Shown piece after piece: positions 24,307 through 37,741 of a stretch of DNA of 64,000 bases; the first letter of the stretch is position 1; each line of letters begins with the position of its first letter. A program made the position numbers and the translations under genes. Source of the DNA: Trichosphaerium sp. ATCC 40318 (taxonomy: Eukaryota; Protista; Tubulinea); assembly GCA_038496445.1 (NCBI GenBank), contig JALMLS010000131.1, positions 2,500 to 66,499 on the forward strand, written 5' to 3'. Below the pieces are notes generated by a model, which was not told the origin of the DNA, made no database searches, and saw only the letters and a program-made list of their open reading frames with translations.

Positions 24307-26299
24307 ATGAAGCTTCTATTGATTACGTTAGTTTGTATCCTCTTAGTTAAAGCGGAACAGCAGAGTACGAATCGTCATATAATCTTTTTATGCCAAAATA
24401 CACGTGATAACAAACCCGAAAAGGCCAAAATCCGGTTGAAACTGATTGGTTTTTGGCTGCTCATGGCTCTTCACGTACACGTTTTGTTGGTACTAATGAT
24501 GACTGGGCTACTAAATACACTGGTGACCTGAGTTTTAACTTTCCTTTCTGGATGGTTCCTTTTGGTACGGTTAAACGTGTAGAAAGTTCAGTTGTTTTTT
24601 CCAAACGGACAATCTAGCGGAAGTTTATGACAAAAAAACCGTTAACACGTGAACTTCATTGTCAAAAATATTGTATTGATGTACCCGCCTAGGTGAGGGG
24701 CCTAACCAAGCTGGTGGCGTTAACCAAAATCCATCAAACGGCGTAATACACATACCTCTATTGGGAGATGTTAAATACGGTGGTAGCCCTTCGTGGCCAG
24801 TTGGTACTGTCACTTTCACATTTATGCCTCATACACTCATCTAATTAGGTGGGGCTACGCGCGATTACTCACCTTTCTACATATGGGAAATTGATGGGAA
24901 CACTGGTGAGCACAGGACGGTAAGGATTGGATGGATCTTTTCTTGTTCGAAACTAAAAAGTATTAGCTGTATGACTTTTCTGGTGAGGCCTCATTGCCTC
25001 GTGTCGACTGTCCGAACTCAGTCGTAAAATACACATCAGACGGATACCCTTTATTTGCTGGTTACACTAAGGGAAAACGATCAGTATATGTTCTTGAGCC
25101 TGGAAACACTAAAGAAGTTTCTTTTGAACTTGATAAAACAAGCTATGAACCAAGTTTAATTTCTGTCACTGGTACTTCCCCTCAACAGCTCATATGGGCA
25201 GGTACGCTCCACAAGACTACAATAACCTTCCGCTAACTATATGTTTTGTTGTAGGCCTAAACGGGAACTCAGGATTTGATATTGACGGCCACAGCCCTGA
25301 TATGGAAACTTTTTTCTCAACAAGTGCAATATCTACAATAATCTTTGGTACAGACGGACGCACTCTTTACAACAACCAATTCTTCAATGGACCTTCAGGC
25401 ATTCAATTATTTGACTCACCACTTTCGAATCAAACAAAGGTAACTTTTCATTTAAAATGAAATCACGTGATATACAATGATTTCTTTATTACGATGATCA
25501 TGTTTTTGCTTCAATAGTTCGCTGTTACCCCTCAAGATTATAATCCGATTTATTAGGAGAAAGCCTTTTATAGGAATTGTAACACAAGACCATGGATAAT
25601 GGCGTCAGACTCAAACGACAACATGTTTGCACTGTGTAGTAGCAACGGTACCAATTCTAATTCTTCGTATCATACGTACTAATACATGATCATAAGCTCG
25701 TACTCTTATATCTGTCAATGTAGAGGCTGGTGTTGAATCATGGTCTGTCAGTGGAGTTACAGCGAACTTCGTAGTTTTGACAGGTAGGAATAAGCTAGTG
25801 CGGTTAAGTTGCTAACTTATTGTTAAGATGATGAAAAGATTGTATTGACGGGAAGTGCCAGACAATGGAACGGATACGATGCATCTACTGGAACCTCTTT
25901 ATGGCAAACGAACGCTCAAGACTTCGGATATGGTACTTGTATGCTCTCCGCCCAGGTAAGCAAACTTGAAGTTGATTGTTTGATAAGCTATATTCATTTT
26001 CTCACTTCATCGTCTAGCCTTGGGCTCCACGACAACCAATTCCATTAAATGGAGGTTATTTAGCTATACTATGCTTTAATGTACGTTGTTGGTACCCATG
26101 TGTTTGCTTACTAGTTCTCTAGGAAGAGGAAAATCATATTCTTGTTCTTGATACTGCAACCGGAAAGAAAGTTAAAGATGTTCAACTCAGCATGTCTGTT
26201 AGACCTGCAATGATGACCGCTGACGGAAGTCATAACGTATATGTATACGGTATAGCAGATGGAAAACCTGTTGTAGAACGCAAGTCATTGGACTTATAA
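24307..26299 (+). CDS. Secreted beta-propeller (PQQ/BamB-like repeat) protein
   Basis: Signal peptide MKLLLITLVCILLVKA; repeats such as WEIDGNTGE, GYDASTGTSLW and VLDTATGKKV. Confidence 0.65.
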
Positions 26300-26433
26300 G
26301 AATAAAACTACACCTGCCCTAACATGTTTTCTTTGTTATAATTGACTAAACGTAAAGAAGTTGATGATGTCCAATTGTTTGTGCGCAAACAGATGGGTTT
26401 GTTCATTGTTCTGTAGACAAAACAAATCAAGGT

Positions 26434-27915
26434 TTATAGCTTTGAAGAAAGAGAAGCAATAAGTTCTTCTACTTTGAACGCTGATCCCCATGAGTAGCTT
26501 ACACCAACCCCAGCATGTCCATAATTATGTATCACAACACCCCTTTTAGTTTGTTCTAGTTCTATGCGCATACCAGACTTCCTAGATGGCCTGAGGCCAA
26601 CCTAACCAACTATAAGAAATAACTGTAAAAAGGGAGAATAAGGAAAGTAGGAAATCTGGCGCGGAAATCACAAGCTCTTAGTTTCATAGAACGAAAAGTT
26701 GTACCCATGTTTTAAGAATTTTTGCTTTCTTCACTTTCAGATGAGGCACAAGTCTATTGTCATAATTAGCGTGCTCTTTTTTTAGGATTAGTACTTGTCT
26801 ATTCTATCTAGGATACCATCAATGATTTCTCTATTGACAACTTGACTTGAAACGCCAACTTGTTTTGAGCCGCCTTAACAAATTTACTTAACCTAAAAGA
26901 AATTTATGTTCCTTGATATCATACCCATTATACATCCATCTGCTCGGGGCATGAAATATGTATATCCACCTGGATTTTCTTCGTCAAAATATAGAGTATA
27001 ATCTTTGAGGGTTATAGCGTTGTGTTCAATCAAAATCATGTGACCAGCTTTGTTGATAAAAACAATGTCAGATTCGTTCCAAAGAAAATGTCTTACCAAC
27101 TGGTTGTACATCTTTATCATCAGCTAATTCTTTCGAACCAGTGCCTGTACAATTGATGACAATTTGAGTATTCGGAAATAGTTCAAATACGTCACTTAGT
27201 CTGCTGACAGTCATTCTCTAGTGTGGCGTTAAATTTTTTTTGCTACTTGATTTGACAGACCTTCATTTCGACACCATGTTCCTTGAGACGATCCATCAAG
27301 TATCTGAGATAAATTGGCATTGTTACAACAGGCATGTTACAAACAAAACCATACTTAGCTCCTGCGGCGAACAAATTAAAAAATAATCACGTGATTGTTG
27401 AGGATTGCATTGTCATTCAGCAACTAATCGGTCTTCCTAATTTATTTCGAAACCACACGTACCTCTACATTCTTGCTTTGTAGCTTTTCTACAACTAGGA
27501 TGCTGCTTCAATATAGAATCACGTTCTTCCAAAGCATCTTTACTTCTATAAAGGACATGACAAGGCGTCATCTTAACGCCTAGCGAGGTACAAAATGTTA
27601 AAGAAAATATCATGTGAAAGATATAACCAAACCTGCTCTAACGCCATCAAACTTAGCTATATCTTTGAATTTAGCTTTACTGATCCTTGCTAAAGGGCCT
27701 TCAATATCCATATAGGCTATCTAAGCGCGTTTGAGGTGACAATACTAAAATGAGTGGCAAGTTACCATTCCACCGCTTAAATCTGACGCTTTTGTATTAG
27801 GTGTGTATTCTCTCGCCACAATAGTCACATTGTACGCTTTAGATTGTGCCAAGTGAAGAGCAGTCGTTAAACCTACTACACCAGCGCCAAGCACAACTAC
27901 ATTTCTACGGTGCAT
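26434..27915 (-). CDS. DAO: Peroxisomal D-amino acid / D-aspartate oxidase
   Basis: VVVLGAGVVGLTTA (FAD-binding), IVNCTG, VGLRPSR, IHNYGHAGVGVSYSWGSA and a C-terminal SKL* (PTS1). Confidence 0.92.
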
Positions 27916-28002
27916 CTCAGAAGTTCAACGGCGCCTAGTGTTCTAATTTACAGCTCGTTGACGTCATTTGAAACGGTTTTTTTAATTAAATTGAACTTCT
28001 TG

Positions 28003-28871
28003 ATGTCTGCTGGAACGCGTTGGGGTAGGGTCACACTTTGGGCGGCAGCCGTTGATGGTACTGGTACAGCTTGTACGATTTTTTCTAAAACCCTGCACAG
28101 GTGATATAGAGAGGTGTAAAAAGCGATTGATTAACTCGGAGGTACGTTGCAAGTTCTAAACGATCTTTTTTCGCTTTAATTTGCATTAAACGCGCAAAAA
28201 GGCGAACGTTGACGAACTAGACAGTGACGGACGCTCTCCTTTGCTATTGGGTACACGAAAATTAAATTGCGTACAAATTTCTTAATAACGCGATTAGCTT
28301 GCAGATATGGCAACCTAGAAGTGGTACAGTACCATTAATGCGTTTTACACCAATATACTACAGGTTAAATTGCTTATCGAACATGGCGCTAACATCGACC
28401 ACGCATACGACTACAACGACGACTGTGCATTGCATTTTGCAGCGGAGAATGGTCACGATGAAGGTACAGTAAAACTAGACGAAAAACAAAAAAAAATAAT
28501 GACAGACTTGCGTTTGTTGGCTTTATCTTTACAACAACCCTTCAAGTCACGTTCTTACATGTCTGTAGTTGTAAAATACTTGGTTAATGATCTCAAACAA
28601 GATATTAATATGTTAAACGGCACTGGTACATTTTTTTTTTGGATTTTTTGTACTCATCTCATTTTGTCAATAAGGTAGTACACCATTGATCCAAGCAGCG
28701 TCTAAAGGAAAGGGTAGCACCATTACTCTACTCATGTCTCTTGGCGCGGATTTAAAGATCAAAAACACTCATGGCAGGACTGCTTACCAATGTGCACCAT
28801 CTGCTGATATTAAAGAGCTTCTAACAACAGTGAATTATACGTCCGCTGTCAACTATGGCAATAAACATTAA
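28003..28871 (+). CDS. Small ankyrin-repeat protein
   Basis: GRSPLLLACRYGNLEVVKLLIEHGANID, ALHFAAENGH, STPLIQAASKG and GADLKIKNTHGRTA. Confidence 0.88.
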
Positions 28872-29356
28872 GACTTTTTTTATGGATTGGGTAGGCATTA
28901 TGTTTTTGGTTTACTAGTTAAATCTGAGCGAATGGCGTCTCTTGATGTGCAGTTTTACGTAAAGACTCTACAGTTTTTATTTTTCCGTTAGTTTTTCATT
29001 AGTTTGTCTGTTCTCTTTTATAGTGCTACTAATGGTTATATTCATCACATTTTGTGGTTTTTTTACGCTAAACAGCTGTTAAAGCAATGACAAAAATTTG
29101 TTAATTTTCTATGTTTCTCCGTTACAGTTTTTCCATCTATTAGTTGCTGAATGCACAATTGTATTGGTCACAGCCGTAAAAGTTTCATCAAACTTCATAC
29201 AAGGCTTTGTAACGTTCGAATGGTTCGCATAAATAGCGCAAGACGCGTCAAATGCGTTGGAGATACGTTTGCGCGCGTATTCCTATCACCAAGACCGTAA
29301 TAACAAAACTACTTTTGGTTGTCAAAACTTTATAAGTTCCAGGCTGTAAGAGGCTC

Positions 29357-32317
29357 ATGGCCACCAAACGAAAGCGAACAACGACTACAGCACTCGCGTG
29401 TGGTGCGTGTAGGAGCTCTCACCTCAAATGCGATGGCAGGAAACCAGTTTGCACCAGATGCTTGTCAAAAGGCTTAGAATGTGATTGGAGTAGAAAACAT
29501 AGAAAGCGAGGGCCTGTTGCGGGTGCGTTAAACTCCACTGAGGAAATCGGATTCATAATTTTACGAATGCGTCTCCAGCCAAGGATTACACTGCGCACGT
29601 TGTTACAAATACAACAGTGGCTCCTTGATAGCAATTTATGTAAAATGATACTGAATTAATAACGCCATGTGTAGGTAAGTTATCTACGCTCGAACAGCAA
29701 GTGGCTGCGTTGTCTCTCCAAATAAAACAGAAAGACCAAGTCGTGGAATACTGGAAAAAGCTTTACGATTCCCAAAAGAGCGCTAATGAGGTGAGTTAAA
29801 CATTGATAAGCAATAGCGGAGTTGGAAGAGAAATTACTTTTACAGATTACAACAAAAGAAACAAAAACCTACAACTCGCGATATCGAAAAGCGCACATAC
29901 TCGTTTAACTTTTAACACTATTGTCGCGTATTTTACACAAGCTTTACATTCTCCTTCTTTTTTTTCATTGTTTCAGTTCAGGTTTTTTCTGACTGTTTGT
30001 TAGCAAGGAGAAGCGCCTGTACCTGTTACATCTCTTTGCTCTAAGGCAATTCTACGTGCTTGTCTTGTTGCGTTTGATGTACATTGTAATCCTATTATCA
30101 ACCTTGATTTAACGGCATATCTACGACCTACATATGATATTACAGCTGCTATTGATGCTGTACCAAATCCAGAAACACTTCAAATTTATGGGATGCTTTG
30201 TGTTGGTGCATTACGTATTGGTAACTCTAATTTGGCTTCTACATTTGCTGGCAAATGTAGACTACTACTGGGTGATTTCTTCGACCTTAAAAATGTTCAC
30301 ATTGCTGGTAAGACCCGAGGTCTTTTTTTGAATTGAATCAATCAAGTTTTTTGGTTTTTTTTAGTTTTTTTGGGAACTTAGTATTCTCCTCGCAAGTTTA
30401 ATGTTATCTCTTTTGCTGTGTTCTAAATCGTTCTACTTTAATAGCTGGTATTGCTCTTCTTGGTTATTTTCATCATGAAGCTGGTACTGATGATGATACC
30501 CTTTATTATTGTACTATGGCTGTTACCATGTGTAGAACTCTTCTTAGACGTAAGAATGATCCTAATTTGATAAAGGCGGTAAGTGTTTTATTTATTGGCA
30601 GGTTTTATCGACTTTTATTACAGTTTGTTTAATCTCGGCTATTTTTGTTATATTTTACCTCTAAATAACGAATTCCGCTTTACTATGTATTAACAAACGT
30701 ATCTAATACTAATTGATTCAAAAAGGTTGAGCAGATTCGAAGATTTGCGCAAATCTTCCTAGGCGGACTATCTCAGTCTAGGTACGTACTTTACAGCGCT
30801 CCAATAGGTCTTATAACCTGTTTAAATACATTGTTGTTTGGTTTGCTATGATCCTGACTTAATCCAAAGGCTCGCTTCGATTGCTTATCTCCGAGAAATC
30901 GCAAACGACCTTGAGAAGAACTTCTTTCTTTCTGGCAAAGGAAAATACCCTGTCGGTCTTCAGTATCTTACAATCAAGTTTAAGCTTATATGGTACCAAC
31001 TGAGTTCTTGTAACTACCTAAAAGAGAGGTGGAATGAATATGGAGATGATTCTATTTGCCTGGTACGATAAATAGAAAAATCCCTGAGCCACCTTTTTTT
31101 TTTTTTGACTCACGAATGAACTCAAATTAACTCACTTGTCTGATTTTTCTCGATCGAAAATATTGTTTTAAACGATTACTTGGATCACGTACAATACATA
31201 CCCACGCTTGTAGATTTTTAAAAGTTCTGCTGACTTCAGGAATTTACTCTAATATTTTTTTTTAGAATGCTGTTGAACTTGACTCTCTATTGCAAAATCT
31301 TAATGGCATATCTGAGATTCTTCGTGACTCACCAAGACACCCTGCAAACTGGAAATTCTTTGGATTAACACTTGTTAAAGTATTAAAACTACAGATTATG
31401 CTTCTCCTTGGACGATTTGAGGAATGTTGTGCTCTGGAACAACATGTTAAGTTCGGAACAAACCAAGTGGATATTTTTAGCGAAAGCTCAAGATGTCCTT
31501 GGGCTGTTGAATCTGTATTTTGCATGGCTCTTATCCACTTACAAATGGGTGCATATGAGAAGTATCAGCAGGTATGATTCGCTTTGATCCTAGTTATGAA
31601 GTAGTTTTTTTCGATGATTTTCTTGTGCTTACGGTCTTGTTTTTAGGATTGTAATATTTTGTCCACGTGCTCTTCGACTTATCCGCTAGCATCTGTATTC
31701 CTTGCGTCTCTTCGCACTCAGACAACAGCACGAAGTCCAGCTGAAAAACTTGAAAAGAAAGAAAGGAACATTGGCGCAATGGCTTCTCTTTTACAAACTA
31801 GTATTCCAATACTTTCAGGCATTGGTAAGTCTTTCCAAAATAATTTTAGGCATCAACTACCACTTTTGTCAACGCATAGAGTTGGTTTATAAAGTTCTTC
31901 CGTGTCACAATTCGTCTGCTTTAAGTGAACTTGAAAAAAGTAAATTCTCGATTTTTTTTTGTACGTGATTTTTGTGCTTACAGTTTGCCTTCTTTAGACA
32001 CCTTCCAGCCATCCCACGTGCCTATAAAAACAGAACCAGAGGAGAGCTTAGCAATGCCTTTATCATTAGATATGGACCATAATACTCACATGAGCATGCC
32101 TTCTCCTTTTGCTATGCCTTCAAATGAAGGAATGGGATTAGACACAGTTCAACCTGTTTTCCCTGGAGACGATACTTTGTTCCATAATGTCAATGAGAGT
32201 GTTATGGATGCTCGTTATAATGCTCTTAACCCTGAGAGACAAACAGTGGCAACAACTGTTTTACTTGGTGATTATGTTCCAGATGAAGAGTTAGATGCTT
32301 TCTTAGCAACATTTTGA
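29357..32317 (+). CDS. Zn(II)2Cys6 binuclear-cluster transcription factor
   Basis: ACGACRSSHLKCDGRKPVCTRCLSKGLEC..KRGP, followed by a coiled coil, a helical middle region and an acidic C-terminus (DEELDAFLATF). Confidence 0.88.
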
Positions 32318-32637
32318 TAACATAATAAAACACTAAATGTATTTTTAGCATTCTTCACGTGTACATTACTTAATGTGGTTGTAGTAGTACTGACACGGCC
32401 CGAAGCTTTTTGTGCTTGTTGATATTTGGTATGAATTAGCCACTGTGTTAGATGTAGGGTTGGAGAAGCTTGAGGATGTCGTGTTTAATGTTGCTACCAG
32501 CGGTGGAGGAAATGAGAAAAGCAAAACGACGCTTGCAGTCAACTATTTTCGGAATGAGTTTTTCCACGCCCATCATTTGACAATTAAACGCGAAGTAATC
32601 TCTTTTTTTTACATCTCAAGAGGGTTATAACACTTAA

Positions 32638-33804
32638 ATGGCTGTAAAACAACAATCGCTAAAATACGAACTTAAATCACTTCAGGATCTACCACCGGAG
32701 ATACTGGCGCATGTGGGAAGGTATTTAAGAAGAAACCAGCGAATCGAAGCAACAACAGTTTGTCACTTGTTTAACAACGTCATTCGCCACAATGTTGGCT
32801 TTTGTCGTATCAATATACAACGCTCAGCAGATCTTCATACCCTAGAAGGCAGTCCTTTGCTAAAGAACACCGAAATAAGCAATCTTAACGGCCACGTGCT
32901 ACGTCCAAAAGATATGATTTGTATACGTGGCGTTCACACTTTCTATACATTTGAGGCACGTGATGGAACTATTCTAGCATTGTTAGGAGGAGAAGACAAA
33001 ATTCACAGTATTTCAATGCCCTATACACACATAACAGATGCTTCATTGAAGGCTCTCAAGTCTGTTCACACAATTGATATTAGTGGGTGTAGGAATATTA
33101 CTGTTGATGGAATAGAAGCGCTTAAAGACGTACATAAGATTACTCTCAGTCCAAAAGCTGAATGGCTTGAACACCTCGGTAATGTACACTCGGTTGTTTT
33201 GTATAAAGCCAAAGATCTACATAGTCTCGAAGCACTATGTAATACCAAACACATAGTGATATATAACAGTGATACTATTACAGATAACAGTTTAGTTCAG
33301 TTGAGTAAACTTGAGCGTCTTGACATTCAACATGTTCCAAATATTTCTGGATCATGTTTCAAGCACTTGGTCAACCTTAAGCACCTCAAACTTTCTGGTC
33401 TTAGTAATATAACGGACGAACATATGGTTCACTTGGTAAATATTCATCACCTAGAGCTTGATAGAGGATCAAAGATAACAGACGCAGGTTTGAAACAATT
33501 GACTAATCTGAGGCATCTTACGTCATCAAATAAGCTTATTACAGATGAAGGGTTGAAGCACTTGAAGAAGTTAGAGCGTCTCAAGCTCCCAATTGATCAT
33601 TTAACCAAACGCATCTGTACTTGCAACATAACAGCTAATTGCCTGACATACCTGACATCGCTTGTGTACCTTGAAACTCATAACTCACTTAACATATCCA
33701 AACGCAAAAATCAATCACAGCATGACACTGCCAAGGACTTGGGTATTGTTTGGAACATTAAAGGTAAATTTTTGATCCGAACCAAACAAAAACATTACAC
33801 TTAG
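32638..33804 (+). CDS. Intronless F-box + leucine-rich-repeat protein
   Basis: LQDLPPEILAHV F-box start; ITDxGLxxLxxL/VHTIDI repeats. Confidence 0.85.
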   Translation: MAVKQQSLKYELKSLQDLPPEILAHVGRYLRRNQRIEATTVCHLFNNVIRHNVGFCRINIQRSADLHTLEGSPLLKNTEISNLNGHVLRPKDMICIRGVHTFYTFEARDGTILALLGGEDKIHSISMPYTHITDASLKALKSVHTIDISGCRNITVDGIEALKDVHKITLSPKAEWLEHLGNVHSVVLYKAKDLHSLEALCNTKHIVIYNSDTITDNSLVQLSKLERLDIQHVPNISGSCFKHLVNLKHLKLSGLSNITDEHMVHLVNIHHLELDRGSKITDAGLKQLTNLRHLTSSNKLITDEGLKHLKKLERLKLPIDHLTKRICTCNITANCLTYLTSLVYLETHNSLNISKRKNQSQHDTAKDLGIVWNIKGKFLIRTKQKHYT

Positions 33805-33976
33805 TAAATAAAACAACCTTACCAAAACAACTTGAATAAGATTACATTTTTTATCACGTGCTAAAACAGCGAAAAACGGTTACCAAAAATAACGCTATTT
33901 AACTGTATTATGAGGATACTCTCACAAATCCCTTTATAATTAAGGATATCTAGCTTACAGCTATCCCAAAAAGCAG

Positions 33977-34735
33977 TCATGACCACTGCCTTACACCATT
34001 TGAATACATGTACACAGATTTTAACCCTCCATCGTAATACCATAACTTGCACTCTCCTTCTAGCTTGTTATATTTGTAGAACTTCTGCTCATGCTGTTGA
34101 CCATTTGAGTGCCAACTCTTATACGTGCCTTCATACTTCCCATTCATATACTTACATTCCCTTTGCAAGTGACCGTTTTGATGCCAAGTTTTGAGTTCTC
34201 CGTCTGGTTTGCCATTTCTGAAATTGCTCTTTTCTCTGAGTACACCAGTGTTGTACCAGCTAAGAAACTCTCCTTCAAGTTTACTATTGACATATCGACA
34301 AAGAATCCGCAATTGACCAGTAGCGTACCACTTCTTGACTTCTCCTTCGACTAAACCATTGATATAGTGAAGACGCATAGCCAAGCTACTGTTAGGATGA
34401 CTACTCTTGTCATACCATTCTATGTATTCTCCTTCTCGTTTATCATTAACATAGTGACATGTATTATACAAATGACCACTTACAAACCACTCTTTGTACT
34501 CTCCTTCTTGTTTATCTTTAACGTAATAACTCTGTGTATGTAGATTACCATTGGGGTACCATTTTCTACACAACCCATCACGTTTACCATGTGCCCAATG
34601 ACACACTTGACTGTACCCTGAAATTGTTTGTCCCCATTTTCCATGTTTTTTTAGCTCGCTATCAAACCTTGTTGTCATTGCTGTTTGTCTCGATAACAAT
34701 GGCCATATTGCGTACAACGCATAGTCTAAATCCAT
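33977..34735 (-). CDS. Intronless MORN-variant (YwqK-like) repeat protein
   Basis: About 8 repeats of roughly 24 aa with consensus NGKxEGExKxWYxNGxL. Confidence 0.85.
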   Translation of the reverse strand: MDLDYALYAIWPLLSRQTAMTTRFDSELKKHGKWGQTISGYSQVCHWAHGKRDGLCRKWYPNGNLHTQSYYVKDKQEGEYKEWFVSGHLYNTCHYVNDKREGEYIEWYDKSSHPNSSLAMRLHYINGLVEGEVKKWYATGQLRILCRYVNSKLEGEFLSWYNTGVLREKSNFRNGKPDGELKTWHQNGHLQRECKYMNGKYEGTYKSWHSNGQQHEQKFYKYNKLEGECKLWYYDGGLKSVYMYSNGVRQWS

Positions 34736-35579
34736 TATATCGAGCTGTATCTCCAGAGGAAGATGTAAGAGAAATTTACAACGAGCATATGACTCGCTTA
34801 TCTGGTATGGTTAGCAACTGGTAGCGTAATTAAGAGGCGCACCTCTTGTTTAGATGTCATCAAGCGATAACCGCTTAATAATTACTCGTCGAACTCCTAA
34901 CAACGTGATTTCTCTCAGTACAACGCGTGGTTACAAGTAAGAACGCGATTGAACATAACTGTGAAGACTGACATTGACTTTAAATTCCCTCTTTTCATCA
35001 CGTGGCCGAGCTGTGAAGTGCTACAGACACTATCTTTGTCTTTTTATGATATTCTCTAAGTATTCTCTAGAGGTTGACCTTAAGTCTGGAAAGGAAATGA
35101 TTGCCTCTTCCCTCTTAGTATGTGGTACAACGAGCGTAACTTTAAGCCGAAAATTCCAAAGTTGTTAAGCTATGTTCCACTGTGTGCCACTGTGGAGCAA
35201 AGATGAAAATTTATCATAAGTATGCTTATAATGCACGTGGCTCTATTACTGCTTTCGTTTATAACACTAAGTTTATGTCAAATCAATATACAGGTACCAA
35301 AGTGTCGAAGCGTGCTTTTGTACTTACACGTTTGAGATTTTTGCCTCCTTTGATTGTACAGGTACAGTGGCGCATAATATCACCAGAGTATATGACACTT
35401 GCTATCCTCCGGGCGCTAAAACGCTATTGGCAAAAGCAACGCGCTATGTGGGATGCAGGGAAGGTGTTTTTGGGACACAAAAGGTAAATAATCACGTGGT
35501 TGTTAGTTTAACATATTTTGCTTAGATTGTCTACAGAGAATACAGCACGACGATATGTGATACGTTTGATAGGCAATAC

Positions 35580-36009
35580 GAGCTAGAAACAGAGTTTTGC
35601 TTCTCGCAACCACCTTTATCTTATCGCGCAACATGTGGATTTAATGTGGTACGCATGTTCCACGCGCGTACACGTGACATATTTGTATTTAGAAACCTTC
35701 GAAACCTCTTCTTGTCATTTCCGAAGGGTTTGTTGGTACAGATTGTACAGCTGCTCCTTTGGTGTCTTCGAACTACACGGAAGGTGAATGCGTCAATACT
35801 GCTTCTGGAAGTACTATCGCTATTTGTGCTGGTGTAAGTTGTAAATGTAATATTGAAATTAATCAACATAGGAACAAGTTCAATTGACTGAATGGTCAGG
35901 TAGGGGATGCGACAGCCCAGACTTTTCACCTATAAGTTTGCAAGAAGGGCAGTGCAAATTAGAACAAGGTGTTCCTGTACTTCAACGAGCCAGATGTATT
36001 GAACAATAA
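35580..36009 (+). pseudogene. Small secreted Cys-containing protein gene; first exon appears broken
   Basis: Exons 35690-35832 and 35872-36009 splice in frame (KPSKPLL..DCTAAPLVSSNYTEGECVN..GCDS..GQCKLE..ARCIEQ*). The signal-like VLLLATTFIL is out of frame and lacks an ATG. Confidence 0.4.
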
Positions 36010-36370
36010 AGAGCACAAGTTGAATATTCTTGCTTTTACACATATTGTCTGGGGAACATATATCGGATACTAGGACTACTGCGGCCAAGCGCAACTCTCG
36101 CACCTAGCAGACGTTGTTAAAGTTCTCATGTTTGATGTAGCTCCAAGCCTTCATGTGATACCTTCCATGAGAACGCCCTTAAAAGTGTTTTATACCTTCG
36201 AAGGCTAATAGCTGACCAATCTGGTTGTGACGTTTTAAGAAAAAAGACAGATTAACCTTGCACATTCGTTTCAGGACTCGCGGCTTAGAGGTTATAAGAC
36301 TTAAGGCGTCACAGCGTGCTTTAGCAGAGAACTATACACAACACACGTTAATTGTCCTCGCCCACGATAA

Positions 36371-37741
36371 ATGGAGCAGTACAATATTAGTAAGCATCTT
36401 GAAGACTCAAACGAAGACAAAAACAAGGATTTGGAATCAACAACAATATTATCGCTTCCAGTTGAAATAATCGTTCATATTCTCAACCAAGGTAAATTTA
36501 CACTGCGTTCTGCACAAACATGCCATTTTATACACGATATTGTCCATAAATACATTGGATATGGGTGTATAGCAGTCTCCCACGTCAGCGAACTATCGCT
36601 ACTTGCTGGTACACCTTTATTAAAGAATACACGTGTATCTTTTAGAACAAAAGATATTGAAGATTGTCACTTATATTCACTTGTGGGTGTACATTCAATC
36701 GACCTACATGACTGCAAGTTAATAACAGATGATGGGATCAAAGCATTGGCTGGTGTTCATAGAATTGATTTAACCCGTACAAGAGTAACAGATGAAGGGA
36801 TCAAGGCATTAGCTGGTGTACACACAATTATTTTATCAGGCACAAATGTTATGTGCGAAGGGGTAAAGGCATTGGCTGGTGTACACACAATTGTTTTGAA
36901 CAATACAAGAATATCAGACAAATGTTTGAAGGCATTAAAAGGTGTGCACACTATTAAACTACAGGAGTGCAGACGTATTACCAATGATGGGATAAGAGCA
37001 TTGATTAGTAACAACACTGATTTATGTAAAACAACAGCATCAGATGAACAGTTTAAGGCCGTGACAGGCGTGCACACAATTGAACTAAGGGGTACTAAGG
37101 TTACAGATGGAGGAGCCAAGTTGTTGGTTGGCATTCATCAAGTTGGTTTAGCATTAACTACTATAACGGATGAAGGTTTGAAAGCATTGGCAGGTGTACA
37201 CACAATTTTTATATGGGGTTGTAGACATATTACAGACAATGGAATTAAGGCATTGGCAGGTGTTCATGAAATTGATTTATCTTATGTATCAGTAACAGAT
37301 GAAGGTTTGAAGGCATTGGCAGGCGTACACACAATTGAATTAGGTTGGTGTAGCCAAATTACAGACAAGGGGATTAAAGCATTGGCAGGTGTACACAAAA
37401 TCGGGTTGTGCTTCACAAAAGTTACAGATGAAGGGATCAAGGCATTAATCGGAGTTCACACTATTGATTTATCCGGTACAAGTGTTACAGATGAAGGGAT
37501 AAAGTCCAAGGCATTGGCTGGTATACATACAATTGTTTTGAGAAACACAGAAGTCACAGACAAATGTTTGAAGGCCTTGACACGTGCGCATACTATAAAA
37601 TTAACTAAGTGCAAACAAATTACGGATACTGGGGTCAAGATATTGACTGACGTGCACACAATTGATTTATCTGGTACAAGTGTTACAGGTGAAGGGATCA
37701 AGGCACTGGTTGGTGTACACGAAATTGTTTGGAGGTACTAG
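36371..37741 (+). CDS. Intronless F-box + LRR protein with highly regular 22-25 aa repeats; paralog of 32638-33804
   Basis: ILSLPVEIIVHIL F-box; about 15 repeats of GVHTIDLSGTSVTDEGIKALA; shares the G(T/S)PLLKNT linker with the first F-box gene. Confidence 0.88.
   Translation: MEQYNISKHLEDSNEDKNKDLESTTILSLPVEIIVHILNQGKFTLRSAQTCHFIHDIVHKYIGYGCIAVSHVSELSLLAGTPLLKNTRVSFRTKDIEDCHLYSLVGVHSIDLHDCKLITDDGIKALAGVHRIDLTRTRVTDEGIKALAGVHTIILSGTNVMCEGVKALAGVHTIVLNNTRISDKCLKALKGVHTIKLQECRRITNDGIRALISNNTDLCKTTASDEQFKAVTGVHTIELRGTKVTDGGAKLLVGIHQVGLALTTITDEGLKALAGVHTIFIWGCRHITDNGIKALAGVHEIDLSYVSVTDEGLKALAGVHTIELGWCSQITDKGIKALAGVHKIGLCFTKVTDEGIKALIGVHTIDLSGTSVTDEGIKSKALAGIHTIVLRNTEVTDKCLKALTRAHTIKLTKCKQITDTGVKILTDVHTIDLSGTSVTGEGIKALVGVHEIVWRY

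Noticed and set aside
35530-35560. TACAGAGAA..AGCA resembling the U6 ACAGAGA box
   Set aside because: No U6 internal stem-loop or 3' sequence.
36757-37720. Regular 66-75 bp repeats as a CRISPR-like array
   Set aside because: They are coding LRR units with synonymous variation. There are no unique spacers and no cas genes.
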